Source: a bacterium
GTDB lineage: Bacteria; Acidobacteriota; Blastocatellia; HR10
Direction: 5' to 3'
NCBI GenBank assembly: GCA_041640655.1
Contig: JBEPZV010000062.1
Span: 1 to 12,581, forward strand
Length of the DNA stretch: 12,581 nucleotides
Shown: piece by piece, positions 1 through 6,315 of the stretch
Layout of the letters: each line of letters begins with the position of its first letter
Numbering within the stretch: the first letter of the stretch is position 1
The notes under the pieces: model-generated
Told to the model about the DNA's origin: nothing
The model's database searches: none
Seen by the model: only the letters and a program-made list of their open reading frames with translations
Program-made: the position numbers and the translations under genes

Positions 1-38
1 TGATCCGCGTCGTCTCCGGAGGCCTCGTCGGCGTATGA
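1..38 (+). CDS. 3' end (partial) of a ThiS/MoaD-family ubiquitin-like sulfur carrier, TtuB-like
   Basis: Frame starting at 3 reads ATC CGC GTC GTC TCC GGA GGC CTC GTC GGC GTA TGA = IRVVSGGLVGV*. VSGG is the typical ThiS/MoaD/TtuB C-terminal motif. The stop overlaps the ttuA start (ATGA, 35-38). ttuB-ttuA adjacency is known from Thermus. Only 11 codons are visible and it is absent from the ORF track. Confidence 0.7.
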   Translation, partial: IRVVSGGLVGV

Positions 39-1015
39 GATGTCGGAAGTGTCCGAAGAAGGCCATCATCTATATGCCGGAGCATCGGCTGGCGCTCTGC
101 GCCGCCTGTTACTCCCCCTGGTTCCTCGATCACACGGAGCGGACGATCCGCAAGTTCCAGATGTTCACCCGCCGGGATCGCATCCTGGTCGCTGTCTCCG
201 GCGGGAAGGATAGCCTCTCGCTCTGGCACGCCCTGCACGCGCTCGGATACGAGGCCGATGGCTTCTACATTGACCTGGGGATCATGGGCAGCGATCACTA
301 TTCGGAGCAATCGAGACAGCGATGTCGGGAGCTCTCCGAGCGCATCGGCCGACGCCTGCACATCGTCCGCGTGGCCGAGCGCGTGGGTGCTCCGATCCCC
401 GAGATCAAAGACCTGACGGCGCGCGAGGCGTGCTCGGCCTGCGGCTTGATCAAACGCTACCTCATGAATCGCTACGCCCTCGAGGCCGAGTACGACGTGA
501 TCGCCACCGGGCATAACCTCGATGACGAAGTCGCCGTGCTCTTCTCCAATGTGCTCCATTGGAATCGCGGGTACCTGGCCCGTCAATATCCGGTCCTGGA
601 CGAGCGCGAGGGACTGAAGAAGAAGGTCAAACCGTTCGTCTACTTCACCGAGAAGCAGACGACGGTCTACGCGCTGGTGAACCAGATCGCCTACGTTCGC
701 GATGAATGCCCGTACGCGCTGGGGGCGACGACGCTCTCGTACAAAGACCTTCTCGCGCAACTGGAACATCAGGCGCCAGGCACGAAGCGACGCTTCCTGG
801 ATGGCTTCTATCAGATACGCGCACTCTTCGCCGAGCCGGAGGCCGCCGCGCTCGTCCCGTGCTCGCGCTGCGGCCAACCGACGACGGCGGAGGTGTGCGC
901 CTATTGCCGGTTGATCGAGCACGTCCAGCGACGGCGTGGCCTCGCGCTCGCTCCGGCGGATAGGAACACGTCGCAATCCCCTTTAACGCAAGCCCTGGTT
1001 TCCGACTCTGAGTGA
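35..1015 (+). CDS. ttuA: tRNA 2-thiouridine synthetase, TtuA/Ncs6-type (PP-loop ATPase, Fe-S/Zn)
   Basis: N-terminal CRKC...CAAC Zn finger, PP-loop SGGKDS, CSAC plus CPY (Fe-S ligands), GHNLDD, and C-terminal CSRC...CAYC Zn finger. The two terminal Zn fingers favour TtuA over TtcA. GGAGG at 18-22 is a possible Shine-Dalgarno. Confidence 0.88.
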   Translation: MRCRKCPKKAIIYMPEHRLALCAACYSPWFLDHTERTIRKFQMFTRRDRILVAVSGGKDSLSLWHALHALGYEADGFYIDLGIMGSDHYSEQSRQRCRELSERIGRRLHIVRVAERVGAPIPEIKDLTAREACSACGLIKRYLMNRYALEAEYDVIATGHNLDDEVAVLFSNVLHWNRGYLARQYPVLDEREGLKKKVKPFVYFTEKQTTVYALVNQIAYVRDECPYALGATTLSYKDLLAQLEHQAPGTKRRFLDGFYQIRALFAEPEAAALVPCSRCGQPTTAEVCAYCRLIEHVQRRRGLALAPADRNTSQSPLTQALVSDSE

Positions 1016-1171
1016 AGATGTCTGGCGTCGTCTCGGCGCGAATGTCGCAACCTTCTTTAGCTCCGAATACGGGAAATTCGGCACGCCGCTCGATCCCAAA
1101 TGCCTCACCGTCCTCGCCACATGGCTCCACGAGCATCGGAGCCTCGCCGCTGACCTCTGTCGAGGGAACGA

Positions 1172-1192
1172 GGGGACCGGTCGCCGGTCCCC
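1172..1192. terminator. GC-rich hairpin just downstream of the TonB receptor stop; probable terminator or 3' stabilising stem
   Basis: GGGGACCGG-TCG-CCGGTCCCC is a perfect 9-bp stem, 10 nt after the stop at 1203, between convergent genes. The U-tract on the minus strand is weak (TCGTT). Confidence 0.6.
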
Positions 1193-1202
1193 CCACACGC
1201 CA

Positions 1203-4200
1203 TCAGAACTCAACGCGGAAGCCGAACTGCACGATGCGCGGATCTTGGAGATACCCTCGGGCATCGCGCAGTTCACCCAGCCGCCTCGTCCCCGCATAAT
1301 CGAAGTTGAAGGAACCGAATCCCCCGCCGAGCGTCGCCGGATATCCGCCCACGCTCCTTCGATTGAAGACGTTGAACGCGTCAAAGTACGGCTCGATCCG
1401 CAGATTCTTCACGAACTTCGCATCCTCGATCACGATGGGTCGGGTGATCCGCAAATCGAGGTTGAACACGTTGTGGAACGGCCAGGGGTTGTTCTCCGGC
1501 ACCAGGGGAATCGGTTGGATGACCGCTCCCAGCTTGCGAAGCTGCTCCTCGGTGAAAATGCCCGCGCGCACGAGCGCCTGACCGGCCGGCGTCAGCTTAC
1601 CCGCGAAGTTCTGGTTGAAGGCCTGAATGACGCGGTTCAGATCGCGCCAGCTCTTGATCTTTCGCCCGAAATGGCCGATACGCGTGCCGGGCAGCACATC
1701 CACCTGAGGCGTCGTCCCGATCGTCCCATCTCCATTGAGATCGGTCGTGAAGAGCGTATTCGCACCGGTGACCGCTCCCAAGGTCGGGACAAAGAGGTTC
1801 ACCGGGCCGGCCGTCTGGAAGGACCAGATCTGGCTGAACCGCAGGCCTCCGGGGATCGTGAGGACCACACCAGCGGTCAAGATGTGCGTGCGATCGAGCC
1901 CGATTGGGCCGAAGACCTCCCTCGCGTTCATGTTCCGCTTGTTGATCGCGTTATTGAGGAACTCCACGCGATTGGAACCATTGGTCGCCTCACTGCGCCC
2001 GAGGGCATAGGAGATGATATAGTTGAGGTCCCGGATGAACCCGAGCTTGTTCGTGAGTCGGCCGACGAGCCTCGCCTGCAGCCCCTGGTAGAGGGAGAAG
2101 CCACCCTGCATGATGCGCGCGCGGGTGAACTCGCGAGTCCGCCCGATGAAGATCGCGTCGCTCGCCAAACCGAAGGCCGCGATCGTCCGCCCCGGATTCG
2201 CCGCGATCCACTGATCCACGGTCAGGCCCCCGAGCACGCGATTCACCTGAGCGCGCGCCGCCGCCACATCGAGCGTATCGGCACACCGTCGGCACTCCAT
2301 ATCCACGCCCAAAAACGGCATCCCGACGCCGCGATTGCGGATGTAATCAACGCTCAGGACCGTGCCCGGCGCCAGCTCCCGCTGCACACCGATATTGAAC
2401 TGCATGGAGTACGGGATGCGGAAATCACCGGGGATGAGGAAGCCGAAGGTCACGCCCCGGCTCAACTCGAAAAGCGAAGGTCCTCGCGTGGGATCGAACT
2501 GATACCCCGCATAAGCCGCCTGCACGGCGAGGTAGATCTTGCCCAGAATGTCCAAGACGTCCTTGATCCGCCGCCCGGCGAGCGCCGTGTAGTCCCCCCC
2601 TGGAAAGCCCTGCGGGAACCCCGGCTGCGGTCCGATGTCAATCGGCGTTCCATCGGGACCAGCGACATGCGTGATGTCATACACATCGGGGCCGATGCCC
2701 GGTGGGATCAAGGCGAACTGGTCGAAGAGCGTGTTGTTCTTGATGTTGATCTCGTAGGCGAGATAGAAGCCGCCCCGGATCGAGGTCTTGGCATCGCCGA
2801 TCGGATCCCAGGCGAAGCCGAACGTCGGACTGAAGCGATCCTTCGGCATCTTCGGCGAACGCGTTCCCGCAGGAGTGAAGAGCGAGAGCACGGCCGGTCG
2901 CCGGATTTTCACGCGCTTCACCTCGTCGTTGAAATATCCCGTGTCATAGTTCCATCGGACGCCATAGTTGAGGCTCAGGTTCCGCCGCACGCGCCAGGTA
3001 TCGCCAACGTACCAGGCCAACCGCGTGTTGAAGTGCCCCCCATGCGGCATATTATGCGCCGGGGCCACGGTGAAGAACCCGTTCTGCGGCCCCACGGTGA
3101 AATTCACCAAGGGATACTCCAGAGGATCCTGGGGATTCCCACCTCGAGCGATCACCTGATCGCGCGTCCCTCCGGGGCTGGTCGTGAAATCCCCATTGAT
3201 CTGCAAAGGACCGGCGAAGTTCGCGAAGACCCCTTGGATGAACCGAGTGATCTGCCCCCCGAACCGGATCGTGTGGCTGCCATACACCCAACTGCCATCG
3301 TACTTGTTGTCGAAGTTGTCCTGATAGGTCGCTTGCGGCGCCAGAGAGTTGGGACCGAGTCCCGTGAAGTCGATGAAGTAGGGGATCCCCTGAGAAGTCC
3401 GCGGGAAGGTCCACGGCTTCAACTCCTTGCTCTCAATTCGGTTGTTGAAGTTGACATACCCGAAGCGATAGGAGTGGGTCACGCGCCCCTTGGTGATGTC
3501 CAACCCCACGACCGAGACGTTGGTCCAATCCACGTTTTGAAACGGAGAGGGGCCGGTTCCACCCGTAGACTCATCCCAACTGTGACTGAACCGATAGAAA
3601 GCGCGCGCCGCGCTCCCGATATTCCAATCCACGCGTTCGGTCACGTAGCGAATCCCCAGGGGCAGGCTCGTTCGCCCCACCATCTGTGGGAACCATACCG
3701 CCACGCCCCGCCCAGGCGCGATCTCGAACTCATCCGCTTGGAAGAAACGTTCCCAGTTCGAGAACCAAAACAGCTTGTCCTTCACAAACGGACCACTCGC
3801 ACGATATCCCAACTGATGACGATGAAAAGGCGGATTCGGCCGAGGGCTCGTCGGTTGCGGGATCGCGGAGAGCCGTTGATTGCGCCCGAAGTAGAAGAAG
3901 CTCCCATGCACGTCATTCCCCCCACTTCGGGTCACGATACTGACAGCTCCCGAAGCGGTCAAGGAGGTCGAGAGATCCAGAGAGGATCGCGTGAGCTGAA
4001 ACTCCGCCACGGCATCGTCGGAGATATTCAGCACGGTTGAGCCCACCATCTCATCGGTCACGTCAATGCCGTCAATCTGGATACGGGTCCCCGTCCCTCC
4101 ACGACCGGCGACGCCGACCACTCGATAGGCGTTCACCTTGGTGGGGTCAATGCTCCCCCCATCCCGGACGATCACTCCGGGTTCCAGACGCGCCAGCTCC

Positions 4201-4679
4201 AAGAAGTTGCGAGCATTCAGCGGAAGCTGATCAATCTCCCGCGCCCGAATCACGCCGTCCACCTGATGACGAACCGTATCCACCTGAGCTTCCGGAACAG
4301 CCACCACTTCGACTTCCGCAGCCACTCCTGCGACCCTCAGCGAGATGTCTCCCCGAGTCACCTGACCAACGAAGACGGTGACTTCCAAGATCCCCGTCAT
4401 GAACCCCGAGGCCGAGACCTCGATCTTGTATGCCCCGGGCAGCAGATTCCGCGCGATGTAGACTCCCGCCTCATCAGTCGCGAGCGTAATCACACGTCCC
4501 GTGGACACCTCCGTGATCTTCACCGTCGCCCGAGGGATGACCGCTCCCGCCGGATCAGTGACCGTCCCCTCAATGCTCCCTGTCGGATGCTGAGCGCGCG
4601 CAAACGAGGCCACCCCGAGGATGAAAATGATCAGCAGAGGAACGCATCGTGGGGAAAACCTGCTCACCCTTTCGCCCAT
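1203..4679 (-). CDS. TonB-dependent outer-membrane receptor, Oar-like, with N-terminal carboxypeptidase-regulatory-like domain (~1158 aa)
   Basis: Start reassigned to ATG 4679 (AAGGAGGGGAGAT directly upstream). Signal peptide ending ASFARA/Q, then GSIEGTVTDPAGAVIP, plug region LPLNARNFLELARLEPGV and VTRSGGNDVHGS, barrel motifs LSLNYGVRW and FSPTFGFAWD, and C-terminal PRIVQFGFRVEF ending in Phe. The ORF-track extension to 5144 overlaps yceI and is not credible. Confidence 0.93.
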   Translation of the reverse strand: MGERVSRFSPRCVPLLIIFILGVASFARAQHPTGSIEGTVTDPAGAVIPRATVKITEVSTGRVITLATDEAGVYIARNLLPGAYKIEVSASGFMTGILEVTVFVGQVTRGDISLRVAGVAAEVEVVAVPEAQVDTVRHQVDGVIRAREIDQLPLNARNFLELARLEPGVIVRDGGSIDPTKVNAYRVVGVAGRGGTGTRIQIDGIDVTDEMVGSTVLNISDDAVAEFQLTRSSLDLSTSLTASGAVSIVTRSGGNDVHGSFFYFGRNQRLSAIPQPTSPRPNPPFHRHQLGYRASGPFVKDKLFWFSNWERFFQADEFEIAPGRGVAVWFPQMVGRTSLPLGIRYVTERVDWNIGSAARAFYRFSHSWDESTGGTGPSPFQNVDWTNVSVVGLDITKGRVTHSYRFGYVNFNNRIESKELKPWTFPRTSQGIPYFIDFTGLGPNSLAPQATYQDNFDNKYDGSWVYGSHTIRFGGQITRFIQGVFANFAGPLQINGDFTTSPGGTRDQVIARGGNPQDPLEYPLVNFTVGPQNGFFTVAPAHNMPHGGHFNTRLAWYVGDTWRVRRNLSLNYGVRWNYDTGYFNDEVKRVKIRRPAVLSLFTPAGTRSPKMPKDRFSPTFGFAWDPIGDAKTSIRGGFYLAYEINIKNNTLFDQFALIPPGIGPDVYDITHVAGPDGTPIDIGPQPGFPQGFPGGDYTALAGRRIKDVLDILGKIYLAVQAAYAGYQFDPTRGPSLFELSRGVTFGFLIPGDFRIPYSMQFNIGVQRELAPGTVLSVDYIRNRGVGMPFLGVDMECRRCADTLDVAAARAQVNRVLGGLTVDQWIAANPGRTIAAFGLASDAIFIGRTREFTRARIMQGGFSLYQGLQARLVGRLTNKLGFIRDLNYIISYALGRSEATNGSNRVEFLNNAINKRNMNAREVFGPIGLDRTHILTAGVVLTIPGGLRFSQIWSFQTAGPVNLFVPTLGAVTGANTLFTTDLNGDGTIGTTPQVDVLPGTRIGHFGRKIKSWRDLNRVIQAFNQNFAGKLTPAGQALVRAGIFTEEQLRKLGAVIQPIPLVPENNPWPFHNVFNLDLRITRPIVIEDAKFVKNLRIEPYFDAFNVFNRRSVGGYPATLGGGFGSFNFDYAGTRRLGELRDARGYLQDPRIVQFGFRVEF

Positions 4680-4731
4680 ATCTCCCCTCCTTAGCTGGGT
4701 TGTGGCTTCTCCCGCGAGAAAAGCCGCTCTC

Positions 4732-4760
4732 AGTATATGCAGCCCGGGGATGCGAGTCAA
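4732..4760 (-). promoter_or_regulatory. Sigma70-type promoter for the TonB receptor gene
   Basis: Minus strand TTGACT (4760-4755), 17 nt, TATACT (4737-4732): near consensus, about 50 nt upstream of ATG 4679. Confidence 0.8.
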
Positions 4761-4851
4761 GATGGAGAATCCCCCCTCCCAGGAGTTGACGGAAGCTCCC
4801 CCTCCCAGCGGACACATCCACTGCTCTTCGCTGCCTTCACGCGAGAGGAGA

Positions 4852-4880
4852 ATGGGCTTCGGGTCACCTCCCGCGCCCAT
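4852..4880 (-). terminator. Hairpin downstream of yceI; possible terminator
   Basis: Minus strand ATGGGC-G-CGGG-AGGTGA-CCCG-AA-GCCCAT followed by pyrimidine-rich TCTCCTCTC, 11 nt after the yceI stop. Confidence 0.45.
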
Positions 4881-4891
4881 GCGCAGTAGGA

Positions 4892-5503
4892 TCACCGTGA
4901 GGGCGCGGAGGCTGCTCGCCGGATCGCCTGCACGTTCAGCTCGATCTTCACCTCGTTCCCGACGACCAATCCTCCACCCTCCAGCGCGCGACTCCAGGAG
5001 ACGCCGTAATCGAGCCGGTTGATCGTGAGCCCGGCTTCGACGCCCAATCGCGTGTTCCCCCGCTGATCTCTCACCACGCCGAGGATCCGGAAGGGGATCG
5101 CCACCTCGCGAGAGACGCCGCGAATCGTCAGCGTCCCGATGCACACATAGTCATCGCCCCGCTTCTCGATTCGCGTACTCACGAAGGTGATCTCCGGATA
5201 CTTCGCCGCATCGAAGAAATCGGGACTGCGCAGGTGGTTATCGCGATCCGCGTTCCCCGTGTCAATACTCGCCGTCTTGATCGTGACGCGCACCGACGAC
5301 TTCGTGATGTCCTTCTCATCGTAGAGGATCGTCCCAGAGAATTCCCGGAATCGCCCCCGCACGTTCGTCACCATCATGTGGCGCACGGAGAACTCGATCG
5401 AACTGTGCACGGGATCAATGACGAATTCGTCGGCACCCCGCGCCGGACCGACAAGCGCGAGTCCGACCATAGCGATCATCAAAGGGCGAGAGAGCTTCAT
5501 CAT
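4892..5503 (-). CDS. yceI: YceI-family polyisoprenoid-binding protein with signal peptide
   Basis: IDPVHSSIEFSVRHMMVTNVRGRF, SIDTGNADRDNHLRSPDFFDAAKYPEITF, GTLTIRGVSREV and INRLDYGVSW are hallmark YceI segments. Hydrophobic N-terminal signal peptide and a G-rich SD (GAGGGGG). Confidence 0.95.
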   Translation of the reverse strand: MMKLSRPLMIAMVGLALVGPARGADEFVIDPVHSSIEFSVRHMMVTNVRGRFREFSGTILYDEKDITKSSVRVTIKTASIDTGNADRDNHLRSPDFFDAAKYPEITFVSTRIEKRGDDYVCIGTLTIRGVSREVAIPFRILGVVRDQRGNTRLGVEAGLTINRLDYGVSWSRALEGGGLVVGNEVKIELNVQAIRRAASAPSR

Positions 5504-5511
5504 CCACCCCC

Positions 5512-5748
5512 TCAGAGGGTCTTATGCGTCCCATCGCAATAGGGCGCATTCTTCGTATGCTTGCACTGACACAGCGCCACCTGCCGAGCTTCTGTGAGCT
5601 CGAAGCGCAAGGGCGTGAACTCCGTCCCCTTGTGCGAACCGTCGCAGAACGGCTGATTCTGCGATCGTCCGCAGCGGCACCAGTAGTAGGTCCCCGGATC
5701 CAACGTCAGGACCGCTGGCTTCTTGAACGCAATGACCGGTTCGCTCAT
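5512..5748 (-). CDS. CDGSH iron-sulfur domain protein with two motifs (MiNT/CISD3-like, 78 aa)
   Basis: WCRCGRSQNQPFCDGSH and LCQCKHTKNAPYCDGTH. Start reassigned to ATG 5748 behind a strong GGAGGAGGAGGT SD. Only 8 nt separate it from yceI. Confidence 0.95.
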   Translation of the reverse strand: MSEPVIAFKKPAVLTLDPGTYYWCRCGRSQNQPFCDGSHKGTEFTPLRFELTEARQVALCQCKHTKNAPYCDGTHKTL

Positions 5749-6096
5749 ACCTCCTCCTCCTGAGTGAGATGCGACGAAGAGGCTCCTGTCGGCTCGCCCA
5801 TGTGCGATCCGAGCATGCGATACGAACGCTCTCTCCCCTCTCCGCCGTGAAAACGCCCATCCGCCGTATGACGGAGACGACATGCCGAGGGGGGAACAGG
5901 CGCGTGATCGCGCGATGCCCTATCGGCGCGAACTCCACGAGAGCCAAGCCCATGCGCGGTGACGCGAGCCACAGCCGACCCGGTCGCCCGCACGAACGCG
6001 AGGCGCGCACTGAGCACTTGAGCCCCCCGTTCCGTCCCCAGGTGAGAGGTTCTCACACGACCTCACCTTGAACGCTCACCTTCGCGTGATCTTCAC

Positions 6097-6125
6097 ATAT
6101 ATCACAGGCCGTTTTGGATTGTCAA
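6097..6125 (-). promoter_or_regulatory. Putative sigma70 promoter driving the CDGSH-yceI unit
   Basis: Perfect TTGACA (6125-6120), 17 nt, then AT-rich ATATAT (6102-6097) in an otherwise GC-rich region. The -10 match is imperfect. Confidence 0.55.
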
Positions 6126-6179
6126 CGCACTCCTTCCTCGGGGCGTCGGATTCGGAGTGCTCCCGAGCGAAAAATCCTC

Positions 6180-6209
6180 TTGACGAACGGGGCCGATCCC
6201 CTTCATACT
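6180..6209 (+). promoter_or_regulatory. Putative sigma70 promoter for the histidine kinase gene
   Basis: TTGACG (6180-6185), 18 nt, CATACT (6204-6209), preceded by an A-tract; about 105 nt upstream of ATG 6316. Confidence 0.55.
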
Positions 6210-6315
6210 ACGCTCGCGATGTGGCCGGACGTGAGATCGCGGACACGATGCGACGCTCACCAACGTGAGATCTCGCACGAAATTCCCATTCGAGCGGAAG
6301 CGAGGGAGGACGATC

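Noticed and set aside
3400..3850. Lower-GC stretch inside the TonB gene, suggesting mosaicism
   Set aside because: In the part I decoded, third codon positions remain mostly G/C. The dip is explained by Asn/Phe/Tyr/Lys-rich barrel sequence.
1245..4040. 931-aa ORF on the + strand
   Set aside because: In-register antisense shadow of the TonB receptor gene, expected from GC-rich codon bias. No motifs, and the composition is typical of reversed codons.
4680..5144. 155-aa N-terminal extension of the TonB ORF
   Set aside because: Overlaps yceI and contains the promoter. The SD and signal peptide place the start at 4679.
5855..5945. Fragments reminiscent of riboswitches on the minus strand (GGAGTTCGC fluoride-like; CGTCATACG yybP-ykoY-like)
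   Set aside because: The other required conserved elements (GGCGATG and TGAC..CT for fluoride; GGGGAGTAG and GAGACC for yybP) are absent.
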